Notes under the pieces: model-generated | Told to the model about the DNA's origin: nothing | Databases searched by the model: none | Seen by the model: only the letters and a program-made list of their open reading frames with translations | IMG/VR virus record: IMGVR_UViG_3300036766_000806 | Location: 27,048 to 91,047 of that record | Strand: one strand, 5' to 3' | Source: a virus | DNA length: 64,000 nt | Translations under genes and position numbers: made by a program | In this document: positions 1-9,719 of the stretch, one piece after another | Position numbering within the stretch: the stretch's first letter is position 1 | Layout of the letters: each line of letters starts with the position of its first letter

Positions 1-78
1 GGCAACTTTGTGGAAGCTTTGACATCTGTTATGGGCAGGGCACCCGGAACTCCAACCGCTACCCCTGTCACAAAATAA
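1..78 (+). CDS. 3' end of a gene entering from the left edge
   Basis: Open frame GNFVEALTSVMGRAPGTPTATPVTK ending at TAA 76-78. Confidence 0.5.
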   Translation, partial: GNFVEALTSVMGRAPGTPTATPVTK

Positions 79-175
79 GCGTTTAGACGCTATAATAAGT
101 TGACTGTTTATCCCCTTCGGTGTATGATAAGTGCATCGGAGGGGATTGTGTTTTTCCCCAAAGGATTTATCAAAT

Positions 176-466
176 ATGGATTATATTCCAACAGTTCAAA
201 CTTCTCCACCAGCAGCACCCGTTGCACCTAGTTACGAGCTTAAAACAGATGTTACGGGGAAACCTCCGCCAAAGCGTGGCCCTCAGATATTAAAAGCGGT
301 GAAGCCTTATGAAGAGGATGGAGAAAAAAAGAATAAAATACTTGAGTTCAAAGTACCATATCCTCCTAAACCAAATTGTAAGTATTGTTACGGCAGAGGA
401 TATATTGGATTTGAAGCTGATACAGAAGAGATAGTACCTTGTAGAAAGTGTTATCCACTGAAATAA
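176..466 (+). CDS. hypothetical protein with C-terminal CxxCxGxG...CxxC zinc ribbon
   Basis: CKYCYGRG and CRKC motifs; ATG 176 preceded by AAGGA and by promoter TTGACT(100)-TATGAT(123). Confidence 0.7.
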   Translation: MDYIPTVQTSPPAAPVAPSYELKTDVTGKPPPKRGPQILKAVKPYEEDGEKKNKILEFKVPYPPKPNCKYCYGRGYIGFEADTEEIVPCRKCYPLK

Positions 467-469
467 GAT

Positions 470-1156
470 ATGGCTAAAAAACTCATAGGAGTCACCGAGA
501 GAGGCGATCCCGCCTTAGACCATAGTTGGCTACCTTGGGTGTGAGATGGTAAGCCTGCGGTTGTTATAACAAAGAATTGTGTAGTGATTGAGAAGTTATT
601 ATCTGAATTGATGATGCCTAATGTAATCGTTCATTGTAGTATTACTGGTTGGGGTGGATCAGTACTCGAACCTAATATCCCGGCTCCAGAAATTACTCTG
701 GCAGCATATAAATCATTAAGTGGTTGGCTCGGTGAGGATAGAATTGTATTAAGAATAGATCCTATAGTGGTAAGTATTGAAGGGTTTACAAAAGCAACAA
801 AAATTGCTGCTCATAAAATAGGAAGGATGAGAATATCATTTTTGGATGTTTATCCTCATGTTAAAAGAATATTTAAGGAGAATAATTTGGCAATACACGA
901 AACATTTCATGCTCCTGAAAATATTCGTAAAGAAATGTGGATCGAACTAGGCAAACCAGAGACATGTGCTGAACCAGGATTGCCAAGTGTAGGTTGTATT
1001 AGTGAAGTGGATTGCAAGATTCTCGGTGTAGAACCCAAACCACTTTTTAAGGGCCAACGTCCTCTATGTACATGTTTGGCCAACAAATTTGAGCTTCTAA
1101 CAAAAAAAGAGCCATGTGGTCATGGTTGTCTCTATTGTTATTGGAAAGGATTCTAA
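470..1156 (+). pseudogene. DUF1848-like / radical-SAM-like protein interrupted by in-frame TGA
   Basis: ATG 470 gives MAKKLIGVTERGDPALDHSWLPWV, TGA at 542-544, then DGKPAVVITKN continuing in frame into the 584..1156 ORF; LRIDPI and C-terminal CGHGCLYCYW. Confidence 0.7.
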
Positions 1157-1157
1157 A

Positions 1158-1742
1158 ATGAACAAGATACTTGAAAAATATTTTATAAAAATATATCCTA
1201 GAATTTTCGTGGATATGTATGGAGACCCAAAGAAAACATGCATGTGGGAAGGCATATCGACCGGCGATGGTTGGTTCTTTCTATTAGATGGTCTTTGTTC
1301 TGAAATCCAATGGCATATAGACTATCGTGCTGAGTTAATTTCCAATGGTTATCAGAACTTCGGTGAACAAATCCCTCAGTTTGTGGCCAAGCAAATAAAA
1401 GAAAAGTTTGGGCGATTAACAATATATTATGATGGCGGCAACGAAACTATTCATGCTTGGGTAGAAATGGCCAGATCTCTTTCTCATAATATTTGCGAAA
1501 ATTGTGGAGCAATGAATCAACATGTCGGGCGAGTAACTAAAGGATGGATTCAATCTTTATGTTCTACTTGTGCTAAAGAATATGGCAAGAAAATTGTTCA
1601 AAGAAAAGACATGTTGAATTTGTGGAATAAAGTAGTAGAAAGCCGTCATAATCCAAAACGTAGCTGGAAAAGTGCAGATGAATTAACTAAAGAAGATTTC
1701 GAACCTTTTAGATCAAAAAAACAAAAGAAAGAAAAAAAGTAA
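1158..1742 (+). CDS. conserved phage hypothetical protein
   Basis: GDGW...QIKEKFGRLTIYY...SHNICENCG...GWIQSLC pattern seen in large-phage hypotheticals. Confidence 0.75.
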   Translation: MNKILEKYFIKIYPRIFVDMYGDPKKTCMWEGISTGDGWFFLLDGLCSEIQWHIDYRAELISNGYQNFGEQIPQFVAKQIKEKFGRLTIYYDGGNETIHAWVEMARSLSHNICENCGAMNQHVGRVTKGWIQSLCSTCAKEYGKKIVQRKDMLNLWNKVVESRHNPKRSWKSADELTKEDFEPFRSKKQKKEKK

Positions 1743-1743
1743 T

Positions 1744-2223
1744 ATGAATGATGAAGAGAAAAAAGCATTTGATGAATTTTTCAAAGTAGATACATTAAAT
1801 GAAGTATGTGATGAAGTTCTTGGGAAAGAGCTTCCCACGGAAAAGGAGATTAACAAAATGCTAAAGGAAAAGAATGTAGAAATACATTATGAAAATGAAA
1901 ATGAGAATGAAGATCCTGTTGATCTGGATGATCTTCTCAAGGAGCTTGCCGCCGATGAAAAAATGGAAGAATTGGAAGAGAAAGAAGTTAGAGAAGGTGT
2001 AGAATTCAATCGGAAAGTTCAAGAACTAGAAAATTTTGCCGCCAGGGAAAGGAAAAAAGATATAACTCGAAAAGACCCTCTTCGAAAAGGATGCCCCGTA
2101 TGTGGTGAGAAAATGGTGATTATTCGTGGTAGATACTCGGGTAATGATAATAGAATTGTATGCCTGGTTTGTTTAGCAAATCAAATGGATATGATACGAG
2201 AAATATTAGATCCATCTTATTAA
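1744..2223 (+). CDS. acidic hypothetical protein with C-terminal zinc ribbon
   Basis: E/D-rich; CPVCG...CLVC; abuts upstream stop. Confidence 0.7.
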   Translation: MNDEEKKAFDEFFKVDTLNEVCDEVLGKELPTEKEINKMLKEKNVEIHYENENENEDPVDLDDLLKELAADEKMEELEEKEVREGVEFNRKVQELENFAARERKKDITRKDPLRKGCPVCGEKMVIIRGRYSGNDNRIVCLVCLANQMDMIREILDPSY

Positions 2224-2240
2224 CAAGCATATCAAAAAAT

Positions 2241-2453
2241 ATGGATAATATATCTATATATCACTCCCGAAAAAAGTTTTATGGAAAACTGATATATTGG
2301 TATGAGTTTTATGTAGATAAAACGGTTCCCATACCTCCAAAATTTTTACAAGTTCCAGCCACCATTTATTATGAATATGGTGGGACTCATAAGGAAGCAC
2401 TAAAAGATCTAAAAGCAAGCAAATTTTATATTATAAAAGGGGAAGAATTATAA
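2241..2453 (+). CDS. hypothetical protein
   Basis: ATG after AAAAAAT; fills gap between neighbours. Confidence 0.55.
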   Translation: MDNISIYHSRKKFYGKLIYWYEFYVDKTVPIPPKFLQVPATIYYEYGGTHKEALKDLKASKFYIIKGEEL

Positions 2454-2454
2454 T

Positions 2455-3030
2455 ATGAATTTTGTCGATCTTACAGGAAAACGATTTGGGAGATTGATAG
2501 TATTAGAAAAAAATTCTATCAACAATTCATCTGGTCACATTAGATGGCGATGTAAATGTGATTGTGGCAATGAAAAGGTAGTGACTGGGTATGACATGCG
2601 AATAGGTCATATAAAATCTTGTGGATGTTTTCGAAAAGAAAAAAATTGTCAAAGAAATAACAATTTTCATCCTTCTTGGAATGGGTACGAAGGTATGTCA
2701 GGAACACAATATAATGTAATACGAGCAAATGCACGGCGAAGGCATATTATTTTTAATGTAAGCATAAAATATTTATGGGACTTATTTCTAAAACAAAATA
2801 AAAAATGTGCTTTAACTGGAATCCCTCTTATATTCGAAACTCGTTGTGCTGCTTGTGATGGAAATGCATCCTTAGATAGAATCGACTCATCCAAGGGTTA
2901 TATTGAAGGTAATGTTCAGTGGACTCACAAGGAAGTTAATGTAATGAAATTAAATCATGATTTAGATCATTTTGTAGAATTATGTAGGAAGGTGGTAGAA
3001 TATTATGATAGGAATAAAAAAATCGTTTAG
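2455..3030 (+). CDS. HNH-type homing endonuclease
   Basis: DLTGKRFGRLIV...CKCDCG...KSCGC N-terminus; KQNKKCALTG, SLDRIDSSKGYIEGNVQW nuclease motif. Confidence 0.85.
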   Translation: MNFVDLTGKRFGRLIVLEKNSINNSSGHIRWRCKCDCGNEKVVTGYDMRIGHIKSCGCFRKEKNCQRNNNFHPSWNGYEGMSGTQYNVIRANARRRHIIFNVSIKYLWDLFLKQNKKCALTGIPLIFETRCAACDGNASLDRIDSSKGYIEGNVQWTHKEVNVMKLNHDLDHFVELCRKVVEYYDRNKKIV

Positions 3031-3439
3031 TAAAAAATTACACCGTCAGAACGATCCTGCTTCAAGAAGAATAGTCAAAGAATATTTTTCCAAACAAGGA
3101 ATAATAATCGAGGACAACCCCGATAAATTTGGAGTGGATCTTCTGTCTAAAGACGGAACTCTGAAAATAGAAGTTGAGCATAGATTGGTCTGGATTGATG
3201 ATGATTTCCCTTTTGCCGAAGTAAATGTTCCAGAACGGAAAGCCAAGTTCTTTGTAGAAAACAGCGTGGCTTATGTTATTCTTTCTCGAGATTATTCTCG
3301 TCTTGGGATGATTGATGGAAAAACATTGCGACAATACATTGTTGATTTCAACTTGAAAGAGTCACCCAATAAGTATGTAAAAGAAAATGAATATTTCTAC
3401 AAGATCCCTCGAAATATATTCAAATGGGTAAAATTATAA
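3005..3439 (+). CDS. PD-(D/E)XK-like nuclease-fold protein
   Basis: GVDL...IEVEHR motif; VPERKAKF. Confidence 0.55.
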   Translation: MIGIKKSFSKKLHRQNDPASRRIVKEYFSKQGIIIEDNPDKFGVDLLSKDGTLKIEVEHRLVWIDDDFPFAEVNVPERKAKFFVENSVAYVILSRDYSRLGMIDGKTLRQYIVDFNLKESPNKYVKENEYFYKIPRNIFKWVKL

Positions 3440-3440
3440 T

Positions 3441-3977
3441 ATGGGATTGTTTATAGATAGAACTGGTCAACGATTTGGAAAACTTACGGTGATTAGAAGG
3501 TTACTTAATGATAAAGTTAATCAAGCAGTATGGCTTTGTAAATGTGATTGTGGGAAGGAAAAAACATATCGAGCTTCTAATTTACACAGTAAAACATCTA
3601 TGAGTTGTGGATGTTCTCATAAAAAGAAACCATTTTTATGGATTTACAATAAACTTTTGAAGAGAGCCGAACTCAGAAATCTTAAATGTGATTTAAATTA
3701 TGAAGATTTTATAAGTTTTACGACTATAAATGAATGTTATTATTGTGGATCTCATATAAAGTGGGCGGCAAATCCAATTAGAAAAGTAGCATATACTCAA
3801 AGATATAATATAGATAGATTAAATAACAATTTGGGATATACTAAAAATAATTGTGTAGTATGTTGTTGGGAATGTAATTGTATGAAACGAAATCGCTCAG
3901 ATATTCAATTCATAAATCACTGTAACAAAATAGTTCAATATCGAAAAATATTGACATTTTTTCAGAATATGATATAA
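3441..3977 (+). CDS. HNH-type homing endonuclease
   Basis: TGQRFGKLTV...CKCDCG; CYYCG, IDRLNNNLGYTKNNCVVCCWECNCMK. Confidence 0.85.
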   Translation: MGLFIDRTGQRFGKLTVIRRLLNDKVNQAVWLCKCDCGKEKTYRASNLHSKTSMSCGCSHKKKPFLWIYNKLLKRAELRNLKCDLNYEDFISFTTINECYYCGSHIKWAANPIRKVAYTQRYNIDRLNNNLGYTKNNCVVCCWECNCMKRNRSDIQFINHCNKIVQYRKILTFFQNMI

Positions 3978-3984
3978 TGTCCAT

Positions 3985-4443
3985 ATGATAAAAGAAGTGG
4001 ATACAGACCTATTAGAATACTCGTTAGATGGATTTATCCATCAATGTAACTGCTTTCATACTATGGGAGTGGGCATTGCTTTGTGTATTAAAAACAAATA
4101 TCCCGAGTTGTACAAAGCAGATATTCACCACGGTCGTAAAGGAGATATAACTCGTCTTGGCAAGTTTTCTGTTGTAAAATGTCACGATGACAAATATGGA
4201 TACAATTTGTATGGTCAGTACAATTATGGACTACAACAAAGACATACAAATTATGAAGCAGTATATACTGGATTAATAGGCATCCGCAATCATGCCACTC
4301 AAGCAAATATTATTCGATTGGGACTCCCCAAAAATATGGGGTGCCGACTTGGGGGCGGTTCCTGGGGAATAGTAAAAGCCATTATTGATGATATATTCGA
4401 GAAGTGGCCACACGAGTTGTATATCTGTAATTATGATGGATGA
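3985..4443 (+). CDS. macrodomain (ADP-ribose binding/processing) protein
   Basis: DLL...HQCNCFHTMGVGIA...NLYGQ...LPKNMGCRLGGGSW, phage macrodomain signature. Confidence 0.85.
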   Translation: MIKEVDTDLLEYSLDGFIHQCNCFHTMGVGIALCIKNKYPELYKADIHHGRKGDITRLGKFSVVKCHDDKYGYNLYGQYNYGLQQRHTNYEAVYTGLIGIRNHATQANIIRLGLPKNMGCRLGGGSWGIVKAIIDDIFEKWPHELYICNYDG

Positions 4444-4446
4444 AAT

Positions 4447-4722
4447 ATGTTTTTTAGAGTAAATTTTAGAAATCCAAACGAACAAAAACCGCTCCCACAA
4501 AATGATATGAATGAAAAAGTTAAAGAATTAAATGAAAAGCTGGAAAGTCTCAGTAAAGATTTGGCAAGCATAGGAGCTACTAGTGTTATTGATGCCATTT
4601 TGACTTTGAATGATAAAGTTACTAAACTCCAAGAAGAAGTAAAAAATTTAAAAACCGGGCAGAACCATCTTCATGGTCGTTTAAGAGATATAGAACACAG
4701 TTCCGCCTTCATGGTCACTTAA
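4447..4722 (+). CDS. coiled-coil hypothetical protein
   Basis: Heptad L/V pattern; ORF track. Confidence 0.6.
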   Translation: MFFRVNFRNPNEQKPLPQNDMNEKVKELNEKLESLSKDLASIGATSVIDAILTLNDKVTKLQEEVKNLKTGQNHLHGRLRDIEHSSAFMVT

Positions 4723-4745
4723 GAGATATAAATGAAAGGAATAAT

Positions 4746-5090
4746 ATGACTAATACCGAAGCAGTTCAAAACACATTGGATGCAGTTGAAAAAGAATTGC
4801 GGGCTAAACTTATTGCATGTGCCGAAACCAATGATTATGAAGGTGCAGTACTCGATTCTAATTATAAAACAATGGGAGAATCCTTCCGGGGTGGATTATG
4901 CTCTCGATGGCTTAATGTATTACGGCTGAAATCCATGTTGGCAAGTAAAAAAGTTGATTATTTGTGGGTTTGCGTGGAGTTATCTCAGCAAGATATGGAA
5001 ACACTTAAAGCCGTACATAAAGCTATGCCAGAATATCTGCGAATAATAAAAAATGTGATAAATATTTTGATATTAATACAGACGGATTAA
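4746..5090 (+). CDS. hypothetical protein, C-terminus probably lost at a deletion junction
   Basis: Last ~16 codons read out of frame over the methyltransferase remnant. Confidence 0.55.
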   Translation: MTNTEAVQNTLDAVEKELRAKLIACAETNDYEGAVLDSNYKTMGESFRGGLCSRWLNVLRLKSMLASKKVDYLWVCVELSQQDMETLKAVHKAMPEYLRIIKNVINILILIQTD

Positions 5091-5398
5091 AACAGGATTG
5101 GAAAGGTGTTTGTTGGATGAATCCTCCATTCAACAAAGAATTAAAAAAATGGGTAATCAAAGCAAAAGACGAATCAATTAAACATCATTCAATTGTCTGT
5201 TGTCTAATTCCTGTAAGAAGTAATACTATTTGGTGGAAAGATGTCTCGAAATATGCCGAGATTCGTTTTATTATAGGTGAAGTAAATTTTAGTAATTTAA
5301 AAAGAGGGTTGTGGCTTCCAATGTGTTTAATGATTTTTGGAACACGCAAGATGGGTCAATTTAGTGTTATAAATTATAAAGAAATTAGAAAAGGTTAA
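5036..5398 (+). pseudogene. 5'-truncated phage DNA N6-adenine methyltransferase
   Basis: Frame upstream of ORF reads SANNKKCDKYFDINTDGLKQDWKGVCWMNPPF, then LIPVRSNTIWW and EIRFIIG; N-terminus missing. Confidence 0.75.
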
Positions 5399-5455
5399 GA
5401 AAAATCAAAAATTTTCACTTGACATTTTCTCTTGATGTGCTATGGTACACCCGTT

Positions 5456-5920
5456 ATGGAGCAATTGTTATGTCATTTATTCGGGGACTATTTTTTCCAG
5501 CCCGATTGGTGTGCTCTAAATAAAAGCAAACGTACTTGGCCTTGTCTTGTTCATGTACTTCTTTATACCGCTTGTTTTCTATTTTTAACTTTCAGTTGGA
5601 AAGCATTGCTGGTGATTGGGGCGACTCATTTTATTATTGATCGCTGGCATACTCCATTAAAACGCTTTATCTGGTTAAGAGGGCATCTCGATCCAAAGTT
5701 TCGGTATCCAGACTACAAATGGTGTAATACCACAGGGTTTTATGATGATAGTCCTTACAATATATGTTCAGGCAAAAATCCTGGCGCAGAATATAAAACT
5801 CCTGATTGGTGGGGCAAACCCAGACACTTTTTTATTACAATGTGGCTATACATTATTCATGACAATTTGCTTCATTTGACCATCAACTATTTTGCTTTGA
5901 AGTACTTGAGTAACATTTAA
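5456..5920 (+). CDS. DUF3307-like membrane protein
   Basis: LCHLFGDYFFQ...HVLLY...THFIID...DNLLH; ATG just downstream of promoter at 5419-5446. Confidence 0.75.
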   Translation: MEQLLCHLFGDYFFQPDWCALNKSKRTWPCLVHVLLYTACFLFLTFSWKALLVIGATHFIIDRWHTPLKRFIWLRGHLDPKFRYPDYKWCNTTGFYDDSPYNICSGKNPGAEYKTPDWWGKPRHFFITMWLYIIHDNLLHLTINYFALKYLSNI

Positions 5921-5932
5921 ACTAAACAAAAG

Positions 5933-6187
5933 ATGATTCCGTTTCTTCGATTACCACTCGAATCTTACTGTCGAATGTGGATAAAAAAAGTAAGAATTGA
6001 CTATTTGGATAGAAAAAGAAAAAATGGATATTTTTCATTATCATGTCCATCTTATCAAGGAAGTGTGGAGTGGCTTCGTTATCATAAACCTTTCGGGAAA
6101 TGGCTTTATGCAATTCAAAAAGATCGATTAACTATTCCTCAAATATTGGCAAAACTAGGAAAGAATCCTCTTCGTTATCGCTATTAA
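5933..6187 (+). CDS. hypothetical protein
   Basis: ORF track; collinear. Confidence 0.55.
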   Translation: MIPFLRLPLESYCRMWIKKVRIDYLDRKRKNGYFSLSCPSYQGSVEWLRYHKPFGKWLYAIQKDRLTIPQILAKLGKNPLRYRY

Positions 6188-6247
6188 AAAAATAAGGACT
6201 TGACAAATTGTCTGAACGGTGTATATTATGGGCATATAATAGTAGCA

Positions 6248-6990
6248 TGAGAAGTGAACTTATTAGAACGTTAAAAGCCACCGCAATTGCCATTATCATA
6301 GTTAGTCTCGTAATTGGAGGGATGGTCGGTGGTATTACATATTCAGCAAAGAAAAAACAGGAGCAGGCTTTAAAACAACAAAAGCAAATTGCCCGAGATG
6401 CTATTCGTCAAGCACTTGAAAATTCCCAAAAAGAAACAGAAAAACTTCGACTTATTGATAGAGAGAAAAAGCAAAAAGAGGCAAAGCGACAAGAACAAGA
6501 ATTTTTCAATGCCAATTTCATAGTAGAAAAAGACGAAGTTAGAGGTCTGAGGTTTATTATGCCTAACCCTGCGAATGATCCTTTAGAACGAGAAGTAACG
6601 GGATGTGCTTTATATATCGGGGACAACTATGACGGAAATCCAGCTTTATTTCTTAGATGTGTATTTGTTGGAGAAAAACTTGATCATTTCGACGAAGTGA
6701 TGTTTAGGGCAAATAATCATACTTTTACGATTCGCAATGAAAACTTTAGGTTAATATCTCATTACAGAAATGAACATCGGCAAAGGGTTATGTATTATGA
6801 TTTTCCGGCATCGAGCGAAATTAATAAGGATGCAATTCGAGCACTAGTGAATATGACCAGCGAAACCAAATTTAGATTCTATTCATCTATCTATAATCAG
6901 GCGGATGATATCACCCTCTCTGAGCAAGATTTACGCCTTCTAAAAGCAGCATACAATAAATGGCTGACTATGAGTATTAGAAATCGTTAA
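6248..6990 (+). CDS. membrane-anchored hypothetical protein
   Basis: N-terminal TM helix, coiled coil, then globular domain; promoter at 6200. Confidence 0.7.
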
Positions 6991-6998
6991 AACGTAAT

Positions 6999-7235
6999 AT
7001 GGAAAAATTAATCGAATATCTAAACACTGGCGGATTCTGGTTTGCCTGTAGTAACGAACAAGATGAATTGGCTCGGGAAGCTTGTCGGCAAGGCATTCTC
7101 CAGCCCATCGAAAACCTTGGGGTTGGTTATCCAAATGTAAAGAAGTCGTATTTCTATGTTCGTGCTCAATTAAAATCCAAGTACGAATTGCCCATCGGCA
7201 TGTGGAATCATTTTATTCTTGGCATTCCGTGTTAA
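6999..7235 (+). CDS. hypothetical protein
   Basis: ORF track. Confidence 0.5.
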   Translation: MEKLIEYLNTGGFWFACSNEQDELAREACRQGILQPIENLGVGYPNVKKSYFYVRAQLKSKYELPIGMWNHFILGIPC

Positions 7236-7432
7236 GTGTGTTATTTAGTGAACGGTGACGAAGAAGGCGGCGATACTCCCACACATGTGCAGCACATTAA
7301 GGGATATATTTCCGGATACGCATAAGATATCTTCTCACAAAGAAGGTAAGGACATCGTGTTTCTAGCGTTCCCCGATGTTCCTTATCGGGGCCAGACTAT
7401 TCGGGTGGTCTGGCCCCTTTCTTTTTCTACTT

Positions 7433-7636
7433 ATGACTGACAAATGTTTCATACATCCTGATAGACAAAAAGTAACTCCCGACGACCCGTGGCATGTTCC
7501 TTTATGTTCTGAATGTGTCAAACCTGAAAATGTCGAATTTGTAAATAGAGAGTACAAACTATTTATGGACAAGTATAATGCTGAGAAAAAAGATTATTTT
7601 AAGAAAACAGGCGAACACTATGTCAACTGGGGATAA
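7433..7636 (+). CDS. hypothetical protein
   Basis: CxxH...CxxC; abuts next gene. Confidence 0.5.
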   Translation: MTDKCFIHPDRQKVTPDDPWHVPLCSECVKPENVEFVNREYKLFMDKYNAEKKDYFKKTGEHYVNWG

Positions 7637-7638
7637 CT

Positions 7639-8121
7639 GTGAAAATACATATTACTAATCAACGGTTTAGTGAAATGGCGACAGATTTGTGTAATCAACT
7701 TCTTCCTTTTAAGAACAAATTTGAGTGGATAGTTGGCGTTGAGCGTGGAGGATTACCGCTTAGCAACTGGCTATCCTATGTAATGGGAAAACCTCACACT
7801 TCTGTTCAAATATCTTTATACGGGGATGGAGATAAAATAAAAATCAATTCTCCATATGTATGGCTCGGCCTCCATCATGAAACATATCTCAAACATCCAT
7901 TTCTTCTTGTAGATGATATTGTGGATAGTGGCAAAACCCTTGCCTTGTTCCGAGATTTGACTTTTTTACATAAACCAAAATTTATGGTCGCTACTCTCCA
8001 TTGGTGCCCCGAGAACAACCCCAATCACAAGCCCGATTTCTACATCGAAACAAAAAAGAAGGAAGATTGGATTGTTTATCCTTGGTCAAGCCCTACTGAG
8101 GGAGAGAGTTACTCTCAGTAA
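7639..8121 (+). CDS. type I phosphoribosyltransferase (xanthine/hypoxanthine PRT-like)
   Basis: GVERGGL, LLVDDIVDSGKT PRPP-binding motif, PDFY...WIVYPW. Confidence 0.9.
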   Translation: MKIHITNQRFSEMATDLCNQLLPFKNKFEWIVGVERGGLPLSNWLSYVMGKPHTSVQISLYGDGDKIKINSPYVWLGLHHETYLKHPFLLVDDIVDSGKTLALFRDLTFLHKPKFMVATLHWCPENNPNHKPDFYIETKKKEDWIVYPWSSPTEGESYSQ

Positions 8122-8817
8122 TCTTTCTACATATATCTAAAAACTCCTTTTTGGAGAGACCATTTTCATAATATTTATAATGTTACAGCATAACACCACA
8201 TTATCTCTTGTATATCCTTTTGTGGAATCTAGTCTTTCCAAGGATAGCGAATAAGAATCGCTGTTGTTTCTATTTCTATTTTCTATAGTAGTTTTCATTG
8301 GGATTTTAGAATAGTAACACAACCCATTTTAACGATTGTATATTTCCATTAGAAAATCTCTGGTTATGTTTAGCTCTATATTTCTATTTTTAGCTCTACT
8401 TTTTGCTGCTCCAAATCGTTTGACAATGAGATGAGCGGTGGGATCGTTTTTATATTTTTTTATAAAATCCTCTTTCTCTCCTCGTTTGAAATACGTGAAT
8501 GTAATAATCCCCATTTTCTTTGCTTTATATTGGACTTGTTTTTTTGTTTTGTTTAACTTTTTCGCTATCTCCCAGAAGGGGAGTTTATTATCAGTATATT
8601 GTTTTAGAAGGCTATCTTCATCATCTGTCCATTTAGATATGTCAAATGTTCTTTTTGCTAATCCCAATTTTATTCTTTTATAAGAAATACTTTCCACCGA
8701 CCGATTTAATTCGGCAGCGATTTGATAGTTAAAATATCCTTTATTCAATAAGTCTTTAAGTCGTTCTACATCACCGCTGCTCCACGGTTTCCATCTATTT
8801 TTGTCTAACATTTTCAT
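8110..8817 (-). pseudogene. HNH endonuclease with two Myb/SANT-like repeats, inactivated
   Basis: W..D..L...IA..L.R repeats; YNR-TAA(8329-31)-NGLCYYS in frame; SLERLDSTKGYTRDNVVLCC; 1-nt deletion near 8165 shifts away from KNGLSKKEFLDIC. Confidence 0.8.
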
Positions 8818-8938
8818 AATATTTTCGCATTCTCTTTTTATTTATTTTATCTCTATTTTTGTAGTAATATACACTTCTCCACTTTCTCTTAGCGAGAGTT
8901 AGAGAGTTTTCATCATTATATTTTTTTCTTCTTCCCAT
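8795..8938 (-). CDS. small basic protein upstream of homing endonuclease
   Basis: MGRRKKYNDENSLTLAKRKWRSVYYYKNRDKINKKRMRKYYENVRQK; TATTTAT motif 5 nt upstream. Confidence 0.65.
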   Translation of the reverse strand: MGRRKKYNDENSLTLAKRKWRSVYYYKNRDKINKKRMRKYYENVRQK

Positions 8939-9023
8939 ATCTAATAAATATATAACTCCTACGAAAAAACTCCGAAAAAATTATTACTTGGCTTTTTGTA
9001 GGAACGTGGTATATTCTTGGGAA

Positions 9024-9401
9024 ATGAATGATTACTACAAAGAATATACACAGGAGCAGATTAATAAAATGCTTTCCAATCCGCCAAGAGCAGTAAAACC
9101 TCCAGTAGTAAAAACTATAATCCCTCCTCCACTTATATACCCGAAATAATCCTCAAACTTCACCCGATTTATTACAAAATGGATAATTTTTGTTTGGACT
9201 GGTTTTTGCGGAATTGGGTGCGCTGTTACAGGATTATTGGGAATTCTAAATTCTGCTGCCAGTTATCCCTCCGATCCGTCCCCATCCTTCCAACTTGGAA
9301 CTTTTTTAGGAATAATGTCCCTGTTAGGGGTTTGGGGTATTCTATGGAGTATAATAGCAATTCCATCGATGGTAATATGGATTATTTCCGGGAGAGAATG
9401 A
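9024..9401 (+). pseudogene. two-TM membrane protein interrupted by in-frame TAA
   Basis: ATG 9024...IYPK-TAA(9147-49)-SSNFTRFITKWIIFVWTGFCGIG...WIISGRE-TGA in one frame. Confidence 0.65.
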
Positions 9402-9496
9402 ACCTCATCGAGTTTTTAAAGACCAAATGGGCATAAAATAATGTCTTGACAATTTCACCGTGTTGGTGTATAGTACAGCAGAAAATTTGGGAACCC

Positions 9497-9673
9497 ATGT
9501 CGAGAACCAAAAAGAAAAGCAAAACTATGGTATACGGTTCACATGAAGAAACTTGGGAATATTGGGATGAAATCAGAGAGTTGAGAAAAGTTCTTCGACG
9601 CATTTTGAAGAATCCGTATCGAAAAACTCCTCGTACCAAAGCGAGAAAACTATTAAATTCGTCACGGCGATAA
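9497..9673 (+). CDS. small basic hypothetical protein
   Basis: Promoter TTGACA(9446)-TATAGT(9469); MSRTKKK... Confidence 0.55.
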   Translation: MSRTKKKSKTMVYGSHEETWEYWDEIRELRKVLRRILKNPYRKTPRTKARKLLNSSRR

Positions 9674-9719
9674 TCCGATGTCAGAAAAACAGTAATCAAC
9701 ATATAAACAACAAAAAATT

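Noticed and set aside
9179-9436. 85-aa ORF from the track
   Set aside because: Off-frame shadow of the interrupted membrane-protein gene 9024-9401
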